From Octopus bimaculoides (lineage: Eukaryota), in the NCBI RefSeq assembly GCF_001194135.2, contig NC_068990.1, forward strand, positions 6,800,126 to 6,864,125: DNA of 64,000 nucleotides. Reading direction: 5' to 3'. Numbering within the stretch: the first letter of the stretch is position 1; each line of letters starts with the position of its first letter. The notes beneath the pieces are model-generated. The model did no database searches and was not told where the DNA came from. It saw only the letters and a list, made by a program, of their open reading frames with translations. Positions 15,880-30,460 of the stretch are shown here, one piece after another. The position numbers and the translations under genes were made by a program.

Positions 15880-16114
15880 TAAGGCGGTGAGCTGGCAGAA
15901 AAGTTAACACGCCGGGAGAAATTTTTAGCGGTATTTCGTCTGCCGCTACGTTCTGAGTTCAAATTCCGCCGAGGTCGACTTTGCCTTTCATCCTTTCAGG
16001 GTCGATTAAATAAGTACCGCTTACGCACTGGGGGTCGATATAATCGACTTAATCTGTTTGTCTGTCCTTGTTTGTCCCCTCTGAGCGTAGCCCCTTGTGG
16101 GCAGTAAAGAAATA
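15880..16114 (+). mobile_element. tRNA-derived SINE, full length with TSD
   Basis: Head GGCGGTGAGCTGGCAGAA, B-box-like GAGTTCAAATTCC, A-rich tail. 10-bp TSD AGATTGTAAG at 15870-15879 and 16115-16124. Confidence 0.9.
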
Positions 16115-18712
16115 AGATTGTAAGGAGTTAAGTAGAAACAGTGTTGTTAAATTGACGTGTGTTTCATTATAGTTTACTGTTCAGCCCAACGCTTTTGTAT
16201 AACATTTGAGAAGAATAGAAATTAACAATTAAACCTTGTCATTGGTATATAATATGAAAATAGAGTAATCAATAGTACTAGTTGGCCCTAACACACTTCG
16301 AAACTTTCATATAGATAAGGTTTGAAGAACACCAAGTCATTGTGCTAAAAATAATATCTACACTATTAACTAAGAAAAGAAAAGAATAAATACGAATATT
16401 AATAATGAGTATTTATCAAGATGTTTACGAGAGAACAATTATAAAAAAGGTGGCAAATAATAAGTGTGTATGGTTCAGTTCTGCTATGATTAGACCTTCT
16501 GCGAATACAATACATTAATGAATTGAATGAAAACAATTTTTAAGGATTTCGGCTGCAATGTATGTCAATCTCTGACTCATTTTTAGAGAAGAAACAGAAG
16601 CCATTATTTGTATTGATATGATATGAGAAAACCAATGATGCATTGTGGGTGGAAATTAATGTTGCTTAGAGGATCATTTTTCAATGATGATGTTGGCATT
16701 TTAGCATGAACATTTGGTTACTGTCTCATCAAAATCTGTAAACAGATCTATTGGGTGTACATTTGAATGTCACAAATCACGACGTGTAGCAAATTAATCT
16801 TCAAATGATAGGATTTCCGTTCCTGAGTTGGTCTCATCCAGTTGCCGATCGCAACACTAATGAAATTATATACTTACATCTAAACAGACAATTAAATGAG
16901 AAACAATTAACATTACAAACATTTGCATAAAGCCATTTTACAAAGTTCACATAAATTTCCTATTAACTTCTTGAACACTGTAATTGATCTAAGTCAATTG
17001 TTTACAAGTGTTCATACAAAATCAAAAGCAGACCAACATATGAATAATCAATTAATGCAGTTGCTAATTTTATAACGATTTGTATTAAAAATATAAATGT
17101 TCTATTCTAGTTTTGAAAGTATGCGAGAATCATGATTAGAAGTGATTATAAAATCGCCGCTTCTGTTTTTATTTAAGTTGAAATGCCAAGATTATAAGTG
17201 AACCGAATCTTTGGTGCAGTTATGCTTCCTGTGTGCAGTTCATATAACACATTTCTTCAATAGTCTGGAAGAACATGAAAACTCTCATTTCGTATTTCTA
17301 TACGTTGTCTTGTATTCATATATAATTTAGATGACAATATTTAGCAACTTACTATATTCATTGCATTTATTCATGCAATGTAACAGCAACTAGGTTTCGA
17401 TATGAATATTCTAAATATCTTGAAATTGAAATAAAAAAATTAAAAATAAATTTAAATTCGTACTTTTTACGCTACTTCGTGGACATTCGTTATGTTATTG
17501 GAAGTTGTCAATGACGACAAATTCTCAAAGGTAGACGTTATATAAAAAGGAAAGGAAAGCATATGTTTTTAATAAACTATTTCCAGCATTTTTAAAGTAG
17601 TGGTCTCAGTGTTGGTCCACAGAAAATCGAGTAATTTAAAGCAGAGTTTGATGAAAAGAAAACGTCGAATTATTTATGATAGTGTAAGAAATACGTTCTT
17701 TTCTTTAAGAGTTATTTCAATATACACAAGTCATTGTCTAAAAGCATTAATTATGAGTAAGAGTATATAATTAAGATCACATAAACGAGAAATGAATGAA
17801 TATTTAAACAGCATCTTAATAAACAATGAAGATTAATCAGGATGTCAGGAACAGAAAATAAACATATTCTTTGCCTTCATTAGCAATTCTCCAGTATTTA
17901 AATGCTAATGACAAACTAATATAATAGAGGAACTGTTTAAGGTTCTGAGTAGACACGAGTATTTGGCTGGAATGAAGAGCTCAAAAACTTAATTGATCTA
18001 AATTGATTACCAGATTGCTCTAGTAATATATCTAATTTAACAAAAAGATAACTTTAAACGCCTAATTAGTTTCTTAATTTCCTCTCAAACCTAGAATCTA
18101 AATTCATCTCATATCAAGTAAAATAACATAGATTTCTGGAATACTTGTCATATTCGAATGATTATACTGACAGAAAATAAAAGAAATATATTTCCTATAA
18201 AATCTCGGAATGAGCAATATTCATCCAAATTTCATAAAGTTGTCAGGGAAAAAATAGCACTTAAATTCGCTGTCACATTTCCTTAATCGTAATTTAATGA
18301 AAAATCATTATTTTCTAAAAAAAAATAATGATTTTTTACTTCGCGTTGTTTCTTTCAAATAAGCGCAAGTTCTCTCACATAATGAAAAAACTTCAAAGAG
18401 AGCATTCGTTTCTGGAAATTCGTATTAACTTCTAATAGTGCTACTTTCAAATTGCTAACTTGAATCTGCTAAGATTAACATAAAAATGTTAATAAATTCG
18501 GCATATTCTTTGATATTCCAGTAGCTTTTGAGATTGTTTAAACATTCTTAATTGCAATTTAAACCTTAAATAAAGGTATAACAAAAATGATTACGTGAAA
18601 TACAAATTGAATAACTGTAATCTTACAATCATTTCAAAAATACTTGGAAATATTATTTAGCTGTGTTTTGCACATTTTTCTAGAATTCATGTAATTTTCC
18701 CTTTATTTACAG

Positions 18713-18827
18713 GAGTCTGCATTGTGTTCGAACTCTTATACACTGCAACTTGATGCTAACATTTGTCTTTAGAAATATTCTGTTCATCATCTTTAGCTGC
18801 ATCTTAGGAGAAGTACACCGTCGACCA
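18713..18827 (+). CDS. Class B1 GPCR exon, ICL1-TM2-ECL1
   Basis: Acceptor ctttatttacag| and donor |gtaagt at 18828. The first base G completes AG+G (Arg) from the previous exon. Reads SLHCVRTLIHCNLMLTFVFRNILFIIFSCILGEVHRRP, matching the class B motif L-x-C-x-R-x-x-I-H-x-N-L. Ends in phase 0. Confidence 0.95.
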
Positions 18828-20249
18828 GTAAGTGTATATTTTCGATTCTTTTTCGCTTTAGGAGCTCATTAATTTAGAGACCGCGTTTTAATAATATGCT
18901 ATATTCCTGCTGCATACATATTTCCCTTCTTTTAATATATGTTGACCTTGTACAATTTGTAATAGAAATACTTATAAAGTAGAAATGATAATGCAACATA
19001 GCTATATTCTTTGCTTGTGCTTAAATATCCTCTGATTCGACACCGTGCGATTGACATGTTTGAGTGTATATTAACCCATTACCTCCCATAATTCTATTAA
19101 CTGGAATTCTTTTTATGAAACTTTGATTTCTAGCATAAAACAGCCTTAGAAACTCCCTGGAATGATCAAAATAACATTTCAAAATAACATTTTAAATTGA
19201 AATAAACGAGATATTGGGTGAAAAATTAGCAAACCTCATTTGATTATCAGAGAAATATACTTAGTAGATATAGCAAAAAGGTTAGATATGTGTAAATATT
19301 GACAGATAATTACGAAATTTGTGATTTTTAAGTGATCTCATATGAGATCACTTGTAGGTAATGGGTTAATCATATATTTATAGTGATCTAGAATACGGGC
19401 ACGAAGACAAAATTGTGGGATGTATTTGATTAATTCGATACTAGTACTTGACTGTGGCTTACTTTATCGAACCCGGAAATATGAAAAATCCGAGTCAATT
19501 CCGACGGGAGTGAATTCCTAACATAAAGAATCTTATCTGAAATACATAACAATACATTATATCAAACGCTCTGTAAATTCTACCAGCCAACAATAGTATT
19601 GATTTCTGAAAAAGAAACCAATGAACAAAAGAAATATTAACATACCCTAAACCAACACAAGAAATATTCAATATTTATTCTTGCAGAACGCACAAAATAT
19701 TGTTTTTGAGAGCAAGCCAAAATATTTAAGTTAACAATTTTTTCTTTTACCAACGATTGGTAGAAATAATATTTATGCATTTGCGGGAGGAAACCAATGA
19801 CGTCAGCACAATATGGACAATAAAAAAAAATCAATATTTGAATTTCTTCTATCCACCCAGTGTAAAGAACACGAAACGTTAGGAATTATCATCAGGAAAA
19901 CAGAGAGATAATTTGATATTGATGTCGCTTGAGGCAATGCATCTGCACTTGAAAAGTTAATCATCAAGGCGCAACCTGGAGCTAGGGTACTTTCTTTTAG
20001 AGCGGAAAACCAATTGTTGTCTTTGATTGCAAATTTCCACTCTTCATGGTACCAAAGGAAAGACAAAGAAAGACAAAGCCCGCTACACTACAGCATGACA
20101 CTAGTGTCGTCACATGTGTCACTGTCAAAGTACAAAGATCCATAGAATATACTGCAACGTATTGAACTAAAAGAGATGGAAGACAAAGTTGATTTTGGCG
20201 GGATTTATAAATGTGTTTTACTTGCTAGAGGACCGTTTGGGGGAGGAAG

Positions 20250-21850
20250 AACTAGTCATAGGACTTAGTGTTGGATCTGAGGTTTAAAAACAACATGGAT
20301 GAACAAACGATACTACTCAGTGTACAATACCAGAGTGGATGAGAGATGAGACTGACTAACTAAGAGTGACAAGCGTTCAGCGTTAGAAAAAGGCAGGCCA
20401 GAGGCTGGAGAATGTCTGAGTGTTATTTTATGCCAATTAGTCAAATATGCTTTACAAAATGTCTGTATGCATAGCAGCAGCATCTTCCCAGAAACTGGAG
20501 TAATCCTCCAATTTGAGCATCACCTGAGCCTTGTCAGTATTTTGATGGAAATTGAAGTAATGACTGACCTGCAGAAAAGCACCAGTTACTAAGATAGTTT
20601 CGCCAGGTGAGACCCTAGGTAATACAGAAGCTTCAGATTTGGAAAAAGCCGTGTGGTATCTAGTAATCTATAGCTTATTTTTAAGAGACGTTGGTATAAT
20701 GATGTTTTTTTGATATGAGAAGTATCACTATTATTTTCTGTTGAAAGTTCCAAGATTTGCATGGCCTCACTTGAAGATGCTGTTGCGGTCTACGTTCATG
20801 GAATCAGTGCAGCTTTGGAGTGGACGATGTGTTGTGATGCAAGATCTACTTAAGAGTGGGCGTTGTTATAATGACAAGTGGTTCATTGGTGTATTGACAG
20901 AAAAGAGTGGATGACAAAACTGAAGTCCAGGGCATAGCAGAGTTTATAAACTGTAGGACAGAAGGATCTCCGTTAATACATGCTCCAATGTGAATTGGAT
21001 AATGTCCACATGCCAAAGTTTCTCTTTGAGATTCGCATATCAAATATGGTCAAAACTTTTGCTGATCTCGCGGATAAACTTTCCACTTGGAAAACTTTGA
21101 CTCTGAGTTTTTGTTGAGTCTCAATGTGGAAGGAAATACCAAAAAGGATAGTTTCAATCATTTATCGATCAGTTTCTTATGAGTCAGAAATGAATCATGG
21201 GATTGTGAGAGATAATTGGCAAAACAATTAGTGAAGTTCCGCCCACCATGCTTATTTGAAATACCTTATAGTCAGGTGGTAGGGCCCTGGTGTAGTATTT
21301 AGATGCGTTGGAGATGTTGTGATGAGACAGTGGTTGGATGATTCAATTGGTACAGACAGTCACGGTTTGGTAACAGTTTTGAGGTGATTAAGGTTTTGGA
21401 ATGTCCGTGTTGCTGTCTAAAGTGCAAGTAAGGAATGCAACTTTTTGATGTAGTGAGTTCAATATTCCAAACGTTTGCTTCTGTACTGGCAATATCAGTG
21501 TAGGATGAGTGAGAAAGCCACTGGGGAATGAAATGTTGAATTTGGAGATACAAAAAAAAAACAAACAAAAAAACAAGACGTGATGGAAGAGTTGCTTGGA
21601 GAGCAGTAGAGAGGGTAGATGCATTTGATGGTGGTGGTGACGGGAGGATGTTGAACCAAAGTGGCTGGAAGACTAAATCTGCGATATCGAACTCGTGAAT
21701 TTAAAGGATGCTTTATTCTCAATGCAGCGAAACCAGTTGATTATAGTCGTGTAGCATTTCTGATATCAGAGCTGATGACATTCAGATTACGCTTATGTAT
21801 ATATCCGCTTCGCTCTTAGTCTGAGAACACTTTCGTGATTTGAAGCTGAA
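20250..21850 (-). mobile_element. Degenerate CR1-like LINE, APE endonuclease to RT
   Basis: Remnants CIYPLYCSPSNS, KFNI...QWLSHSSYTDIASTEA (APE GDFNxH region) and GETILVT...AF (RT domain 2/3). Many stops and frameshifts. Confidence 0.6.
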
Positions 21851-22599
21851 TTTATATGCGGTTGTAATGACAGCAGTATTCTCGAAGAAGATAACTTTCT
21901 AGCTCATGCTTTTATCATACTTTCCGTTTTATCAATAAAGTGTGTTAATTGAAATTCTTTTGGTTGATATTTAAGTGTTTTGTAGAGTGACAACTGCTGC
22001 TATACTCAGCAGTAGTCACTCTATCTCCAGTTGTTTATCTTTCGTTTAAGATAGACTATTACAGGGATTGCGACAGATAAACAAATGAAAGAAGCACTCA
22101 GCTCAGTTGGAGTTGAATGCATTTAATGACAAATTGACTCAGCTTCACATTACTTTCAGATTCGCAGGCGCAGAATATGTTTACATTATCAAAATATCGA
22201 AATCAGAATAGCAAGAATCTAAACTTTTGGGTGAGAGTAATAGTCCTCCATTGGTTAGTTTAGGTCAAGAGAGTACTTTAACTAGCTTTACTTTCACTCG
22301 ATATTCTACATGAAGAGCGAGCGTGATGTTAACAACAGTTAATCGACATTCAATAGTCTGTGACACTTTAGGGACAAAAATTACCACAGACACAGAAATA
22401 ACCGGTGTCAGGTTTCATCTGAGTAACCTGCACACCAGTAGCATAGAAATAATATGTTTACATTCTTATTTAACCTACAGTAAGGTCTTATAATGTTTAG
22501 ATATATTTCAATTCTTCTGATACGTTGTTCAGAATATAAAAATGCTTAATGATGAGTATCGTTAGAACAAATATGCAAATTAGGCTACCGACCATTGTG

Positions 22600-23300
22600 C
22601 TTGTATAATATATGTCAGCTTTATATAGCAGATGATCTATGCTATTGATAGCAAGGAAGCCGAGTACGTCTTCTCTGAGGATCTACCTGAACATCTTTCT
22701 ACGACTTCAGATATTGTGGCTGAAGAAATCATTGTTTATAAAAAAACAATAGCCTATTTTCTCATTAGTTCTTTAGATACTATAAAAACACCACGTTTTG
22801 AACGTGGACTGCTGTTTGAAACGGTCTTTTTGTCGCAACAGCCAACCTACGTGGATGTTGACATACATGCACTACAACCTTTCCTCCTCAGGCCGAAATA
22901 ACAGACGAGAGAATCTATCGTCAGCTGAAGTTTAGGATCTGCGAAGAACTTAACTCTATTCGTTGATATATACGGGCAACATTGGCAGCTGACTTAAGTT
23001 GTATCACCGCAGAACTGGTATCTGGAGCTAGACTTAGATTGCCTGAACGGAAGGAGACCACTCCTAGCAATCCAAACACTGAATATACGCCCCTAAGATT
23101 TGACTAAGTGTGTCTATTGAATGAGAAATATGCTAGATTCACGAGTCCATGTGAATAACGAAGTGTTTTGGTAGTATTTAAAAATAACTGAAGCGAAAAT
23201 ACTCTAATGATTTTGTAGCCGATGGTTTCTACAGTAAAGCACTTCAGATACAGTGTTTGATCTCACATAAAGCTGTTTGCCACACGCCTAAGTATTACGT
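22600..23300 (+). mobile_element. Possible very old RTE-like LINE remnant
   Basis: LYIADDLC near 22620 resembles RT motif C, and RVHVNNEVF near 23140 resembles the RTE C-terminal xRVTNxEVL. The evidence is weak. Confidence 0.3.
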
Positions 23301-24484
23301 TTTAAATATTGTAGGCCGGCATCAGACTGTCAGTATTGACTAATTGAAAGTTGTATTCCTTGACAAAGGGCTAAAAAACGATCAGAGAATCTACTCTTGC
23401 ATCTCAACATGAGCCAAAACGGACTGCAAGATCAGGCTGCTACTTACATCGGTTCAAGCGTTTGGTACACTATGTCGAAGATTTCGAAAAACGATGAAGT
23501 TTACTTTCGGACAGTATAACCATTTTGTTATCGTTATATAGATTCTAAAACGCATTCGTTCTTGGTGTGGATGGAGCAGTGTGTGCTAATGTAGCGACTG
23601 TTGTAATTTATAATGTCGATAGTTACGTGCGTTCCAGTGTCCTGAGAAGCGAATTGTGCTGTTCTTATTAATTCGATTAACAGTTTTGTTGTGCGGAAGT
23701 TATATCATTAACCGGCTTTCTTCTTTGGTATTTCATTGGTTGTTATTCACTAATTTGAATGTATATTGGCTTTTAGCACAAAAATGTTCAAATCGAAAAC
23801 TTCGATCAAACAAATTGTAATTAAGTGAGAAATTTTTTCTACTTACTAACGGACTCATCACTCCCTAACAAACACCATGTCTCACGTTCTCTCTATCTTT
23901 TACTCATTTTTATCTGACACATATACACATACACATACACTGATGAAAAACAAAACCTTTCCATATTGACTGAGATATAATGTGTTCAACATGGTATTTT
24001 AACAATGAACTTTGAATGCTGTCTCTGCAGACAAATTCTACGCATTTGTGTCAATAATTCTGTCTCCAACGACAATGTTCAGTTTTGTCCTAAGGGTAAT
24101 GTAAAATGTTCATGTGTTTGTGAAATAGTCTGTTACGCTATTGTTCAATCAATGACACGGCAGGCAGTTAAAATCGAGCAGTTTCTCCGTCTGTGAGGTA
24201 GAAATACTATTTTTTATCTGATTTAAATTCAGTTTCTTAACCTGCCTTTCTAGGCGGACATATCATTATCACCGAAATGTTAGTTTCTATTTTACCCATG
24301 ATCTTCGTCTAAATTCACAAAGCGCGCTGTATTATTAATGTATTTTCGATTGAGCGTCACTACTACCATTAAAATCTATTATTTACATCATAAATGTATA
24401 TATATAGTCTTGGTTGCTACGTGGTAGTTTCATGGTAGAATTAAACAAACACATCCAATTAAAAGTAAATACATCATGACTGTT

Positions 24485-25910
24485 TGGTAATAATAATAAT
24501 GATAATAACGATAATTTCTTTTATTGGCCACAAGGCCTGAATACAGAACAAATAAGGACAATTTAACACAAGGGAGGTATTGAACAATGCTATGTATACA
24601 ATAACAAAAAACAAATAACAAAACAATTAAACAATAAAGAATCCCCTAAAAGGGAGAGCTCCTCACAGGGAAAACCGCAGAACCTCAAACAAACTGGTTA
24701 TCCCGACCGTCACGTGCGCTTCAGCAGGTTCCTCTCTCCTTCTCAACTCCTCTTGTTTACAAACGAAACTTAAGAGTAGTCCCATTCACACAAGCAATAC
24801 TCAGCACATACACCTACCTTTCAATAAATTTACTGGGAGGCAAAGCTTCCCTCTCTACCCTCACTTTCCTTTTCAAGTGTGACTTGAATAAGTTGATGAG
24901 GGATTGACCGAAGAGGAAAGTATCTGTGTTCAGTCCTTTCAGTCTCGACCACCACACTACCTCCTTCGCCATAGCCACCAAACAGAGGAAAACTGCCTTT
25001 CCTTCCCGGACAAAGGAAGGCGGCGGGGCAATCTTCAGGGTGGATTCGGCTGATATCTGGATCCGTCATACAGACGATAACAGCTATTCGACAAATGCAC
25101 GGACACTGGACGAGTGCGTGCAGGAGGGTTTCGCCGCCCTGTGCATACCTCGGACAGGTCCGTCTGAGAGTACTACCGTGTCTGTAGAGCTTGTGTCGAG
25201 CCAGCAGAGCTCCCCGGTAGCAATGCCAGGTCAGGGATTTCTGGAAGTTATCTATAGGCTTTGGCCCGAAAATACTCCGGAACAGATCAATTACTTGATC
25301 TTTTCCGACAACCAGAGTTTCCCCAAGGACGTCGTCGCTCTTGCCCACCATTAATCCCCTGTAAAAAATTCCACCTACCACGTTTCCCGACTTACAGAAA
25401 GTTGTGGGTACTTGCCGACACTTCTGCTGCCAAGCTGTCTTTCTTGGTCTGCGTCAATGAGACGAGCTGCGGAAAATCCTGCTTGACAAACGACCACACA
25501 TGTTTACTGTTAAGAAAATGTTGGAGATGTCGTGGCCTCAGCGCGTGTCTGCGCATCATTAGCCACAGCGTGCCCAGTCATCCACTCAGTGGCTGTTGAT
25601 AGCAGGTAGACCGTCTGACGAGCAGAACACTCCCCACCGCAGAAAGTGGAAAAGCAAGCGATCCAGCTTGGTCAGCCATGAAGGAGGGCAAGGGACGACG
25701 GTCAGGCGGTAATAGATGGCGCAAAAAATGTACACATTCGCCATTTCCGCCTGAACTTCCAGGGACAGCTTCCTCTGCCCATTTCTGAGAGAAATTGGCT
25801 ACCCTGCTCGTCACCTTCCCCCCGTTCTCGTGCAGCTGTAGGCCGCAGCGAGGGTAGCTTCCACTTATTGATGTTTGACGCATGCAAGTCTCCAGGATTC
25901 GATTCACCTA
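24485..25910 (-). mobile_element. L1/Tx1-clade LINE, 3' fragment
   Basis: Frameshifted ORF2 C-terminus with LLFHFLWWG-like sequence, VRRSTCYQQPLSG, and DNFQKSLTWHCYRGAL...CP...ETLLHALVQCP (C-terminal zinc-knuckle region). Followed on the - strand by a 3' UTR, AATAAA and an (ATT)n-like tail near 24485-24525. Confidence 0.85.
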
Positions 25911-26463
25911 AGCACTTAGCTGATGCTCTATTTTATCGACATCGGTGGGATAAATGTCAAAGCTGAAACTGGAAGAAATTGAACACAGAACGTATAAGCT
26001 ATAAGACATAAACCAAAAGATTTTTTCAGACACGATTCTGCCAAATAAGGATTTCTATCAATGCTCGATTATCAGAATCATTTGAATATCAGCATTTCTT
26101 CCTTATACTTACGTTTAAATTTCATTTACGTAAACTTTGCCTTTCATCCTTTCGGTTTTGATAAAATACAATGACAGTTAAGAAATGCGATCGATGTAAT
26201 CGACTAGCCACTTCCTTCAGAATTCCAGGCCTAATGCCTATATATTACAAGCAATTAAAATTTTACCTGCATCATTATTCACGTCAATTTTGTTATTATT
26301 ACAAAACAGATTTAGACAAACGAAAAGAAGCCTGGTAAATGTGCAAATAAAACGTTTGTGAAACCACAAAATTCTCTCTCTACTTTCTTCATTCTTCCTG
26401 TGCATCTGTTTCTGTCTGTCTATCTCCCCTTTTGTCTTTCCTTTTGTCTTCCTTCCGCCCCCT

Positions 26464-26526
<63 letters not shown>

Positions 26527-26853
26527 ATCGCAGTGGTGTACCATGACGTGTTGCCTAGTCATTATCTCTCCATCAGAAATGTTTGCTTCATCCACTTTCT
26601 ATAGAGAAAGAGATAACATCATGCAACTGCATGTAAAGAATGCTCACCACTAAATTTTGGAGGCCAACCATATTGATTAGCTCAAGCACTGAAACAGAAC
26701 GTTGATAGATAAAATGCAAATATATTTACGAGCGTACATTTAATATGTTAGCACATAAATAGAGGCCCGCACTTGCAAACACATCTTCCCCCCTGTCTCT
26801 CTCTCTCTCTTTATATATATATAAATGCGCACACACACGCATATATATACATA

Positions 26854-27225
26854 CAGGGTGGGTGAGTAGTAAGTAGGTATTAAAAATTGGAAATAAAATC
26901 CATTTTCCTTTTTACAAATTTATTGAAACAAGTGATACATGTTCTTTATTACATGGAAAAATGAAAGTAAATCTTCATATTTCAACGTAAGCACCGGTGA
27001 CCCCAGTTTCCTCAAACAGCCAGGGATAGAATGAACAACCTTCTGAAGGACGTCTTCTGGTATATCATTGAGAACCTCCTGAATCCGTGTCAGCAAGTCC
27101 TCCAGTATGCGAGATTTTCTCTTCTATATCTCCTCTTTTGTGGGACTCCACAGATAAAAATCACACAGAGTGAGATCTGGACTTCTTGGAGGCCACTCAT
27201 GAGGTCCACCTCGTCCCTTCAGGTC
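26854..27225 (-). mobile_element. Tc1/mariner-superfamily transposon, 3' end fossil
   Basis: - strand reads GRGGPHEWPPRSPDLTLCDFYLW...LEDLLTRIQEVLNDIPED, the WPPRSPDLxPxD catalytic motif. The terminus TA|CAGGGTG at 26852-26860 is a typical TIR end. Confidence 0.85.
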
Positions 27226-28017
27226 TTAGCCCCTGCATGCAACGGGGTCTCCACGGATGAAAATTCAATTCGTTATGCAACATCGTACGTATTGTGTGCC
27301 CACAGGCATATGGCGTAGTGGTTAAGAGCGCGGGCCACTTTGTAATGAATTACTGCAATTGCTTAGAATGTATTTTTTATATATATGATCCAATATGCGA
27401 GCCTTTTCATGATTCATCGGCTAGCTAGAAATAGTATCCAAATTGTCTGTTAGCGATTACAAATTAGATACATTACTTAATGTTGATCTATGTACATTAT
27501 ACCTTCAAAAACATTGGGACATCACTGATCATCGATCTGTTCAATCAGGACTAAACTGGGATAGAAAAAGTATAGCAGCAACAATTTCCTCCTATTAGAT
27601 TATGAAAATTTCAGCTTCAGTTGAATAGATCCCATTTCAGTACGATCCATGTATTTGAATGCAAGATGATTTCTTGAAACGGGAATAGAAATCGAGACGC
27701 TCACTTCCATATGGAATGTAACATTAGCAATTTGACGCCCTTAACTTCTACCAATAAAAATAGTCCATCCAGTGAAGTTTATTACACGCCATCTACGTAC
27801 TATAAATAATAATATAAGATTTATGAAATGAATCAGAGAAAGGCAAATTGAATAAATTCATTATCACACAATTCGGATTTCCACTATGAATAAATTACAT
27901 TACCATTTTGAATATTAATTGATTTGGAATGAAGACTATTTCACAACTCTGAGATAACCATTTACACTAAATTATCTCTTACTCTATCTCATTCTCTCTC
28001 TCTTTCTATCTGACACT

Positions 28018-28118
<101 letters not shown>

Positions 28119-28927
28119 ACACACACATATATATATATATACATGCACATATATACATATACACATACATAACTATGAGTGTATGTGTATCTTTATGTAG
28201 GTATTTATGTATCACTCTCTCCCTCTCTCTCTCCCTCTCTCTCTCACTCTCTCCCTCTCTCTCTCACTCTCTCCCTCTCTCTCTCTCTCTCTCTCTNNNN
28301 NNNNNNNNNNNNNNNNNNNNNNNNNNNNNNNNNNNNNNNNNNNNNNNNNNNNNNNNNNNNNNNNNNNNNNNNNNNNNNNNNNNNNNNNNNNNNNNNNNNN
28401 NNNNNNNNNNNNNNNNNNNNNNNNNNNNNNNNNNNNNNNNNNNNNNNNNNNNNNNNNNNNNNNNNNNNNNNNNNNNNNNNNNNNNNNNNNNNNNNNNNNN
28501 NNNNNNNNNNNNNNNNNNNNNNNNNNNNNNNNNNNNNNNNNNNNNNNNNNNNNNNNNNNNNNNNNNNNNNNNNNNNNNNNNNNNNNNNNNNNNNNNNNNN
28601 NNNNNNNNNNNNNNNNNNNNNNNNNNNNNNNNNNNNNNNNNNNNNNNNNNNNNNNNNNNNNNNNNNNNNNNNNNNNNNNNNNNNNNNNNNNNNNNNNNNN
28701 NNNNNNNNNNNNNNNNNNNNNNNNNNNNNNNNNNNNNNNNNNNNNNNNNNNNNNNNNNNNNNNNNNNNNNNNNNNNNNNNNNNNNNNNNAAACAAACACT
28801 CAAACTCTCTCTCACAGTTAATTCAAAGGAACGATCAATTCAAATGAACGGATAACAAAATTAACAGATGCCAAAAGGACGTGCACAAAGAATTTATTAG
28901 TTTGACGCTCAGCAAGAAGAGTGAGTT

Positions 28928-28960
28928 TTTGACGCTTCGAGCATAATTCTTCATCGGAAA
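28928..28960 (-). ncRNA. Degenerate minimal hammerhead-like motif
   Basis: - strand TTT-CCGATGA-A-GA-ATTATGC-TC-GAA-GCGT-C-AAA. Same layout as the 60035 copy, with U4C, A15.1G and an eroded stem II. Confidence 0.4.
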
Positions 28961-29030
28961 CGAGAAAGTGAAAAGTTCAAAGAAGGAAAAGAAATCACCA
29001 ACAACACTTGTATAAACACACACACACACA

Positions 29031-29070
<40 letters not shown>

Positions 29071-29149
29071 TGTGTATGTGTGTGCGTTTTTGCGTGAGTG
29101 TGAGTGTGTGTGTGAGTTTGTGTGTGTCCATGTGTCTATGTTTGTCTCC

Positions 29150-29319
29150 TAATATCGCTTGACAACCGGTGTTTATCTGTTTACGTCCCCTAGCTTAGCA
29201 GTTTTGTAAAAACAACCGATAGACCTGACTTAGAAAATAAGTATTGGGGTCGATTCGTTCGAAGTGGTACTCCAGCATGGCCGCAGACTAATGACTGAAA
29301 CAAGTAAGAGAATTAAAGA
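29150..29319 (+). mobile_element. SINE 3' part with LINE-like tail
   Basis: Ends in GTGGTACTCCAGCATGGCCGCAGACTAATGACTGAAACAAGTAAGAG. Confidence 0.7.
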
Positions 29320-29451
29320 ATGTGTGTGTGTGTGTGTGTGGGTGTGTGTGTATCAATTATGTTGAATATATATATATATATATATATATATNNNNNNNNN
29401 NNNNNNNNNNNNNNNNNNNNNNNNNNNNNNNNNNNNNNNNNNNNNNNNNNN

Positions 29452-29486
<35 letters not shown>

Positions 29487-30069
29487 GTCGACAACTGGTT
29501 TCGCATGTGGTAATCATAACTATGTAGTAATTGATCAAGTCATAATTTCATGCAATCATTAGTTTTCATCCTACTCAGGAGAACAGATATTTTGCAAATA
29601 AGGTTAAAGAAATCTTAACCAAGTTAGTAGGTGATCATTATAATTAGAAGCTGAAGAGTGGTAATTACCATTTTCGTGGGAAGTAAATTGATTATATATA
29701 GATTAAAATGATATATATGTATAAACTAAAATATGTACATACTCCAAAATTGGTTATATGATCATATTAAGGCGCAGTTGATGCTTTTCAGTAAACGTAG
29801 TTTTTATATAACAGTTGTTGTGCAGATTTTGTTCCATAGTATTGATATGAAGGGAAAACTTTGAAGTTTGGTTGGAGATTTCTCACACAACGCTTTATGT
29901 GTTCGCTTTGCATTATTGGTCTATATCTTGGGGAACAGATTTGTTTTGTATGCAGTATTGTTCACCGTCTTACTTTTGAATCTTAGTGCTTGTTTAAAAT
30001 GAAATTTCGAACATCCCAGTAAGTTGGAAAAGATATCTGGATGACTGCTTTATGATTTGAAAGGAAAGT

Positions 30070-30460
30070 ATTATAAACTGTTCGAATTTAAATCACTGCT
30101 TAAGGATTTAACATGCAATTTACAATAGAATACAGTAAAGAGAAACGTCTATTTCTTGATATTTTAATAAAAAAAGTCAATAACCAAATGGAAACCAACA
30201 TTTATTATAAAGCCACAGTCTCGAAGCGATGCCTATTATCCACCTGGTGCCACTCGAAACATGTTTAAATAAATATCCTTTTCAATTTAGTGAAAAAGAT
30301 TTGTAAAAAAGTGTCTGATGCAAATACTCGGGACCTACGCCTTCATGAACTGAAAGCCGTACTCGTCGAGAGACATTATCCATCTTCACTAGTAAATGAT
30401 GGGATAAAACATGCCAAGAGAATTGATATCCAAACACTTAGAGAAGTAAAACGAAATAAA
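30070..30460 (+). mobile_element. Penelope-like element (PLE) RT C-terminal fragment
   Basis: Reads MQFTIEYSKEKRLFLDILI...TNIYYKAT...CHSKH...FNLVKKICKKVSD...RLHELKAVLVERHYP, the PLE post-RT motif series. Confidence 0.8.

Noticed and set aside
9120-21850. Idea that the two - strand CR1-like pieces are one LINE split by a segment holding two GPCR exons
   Set aside because: Both pieces appear to contain the same RT domains (GETILV/ETLLL...AF region), so they overlap and are independent insertions.
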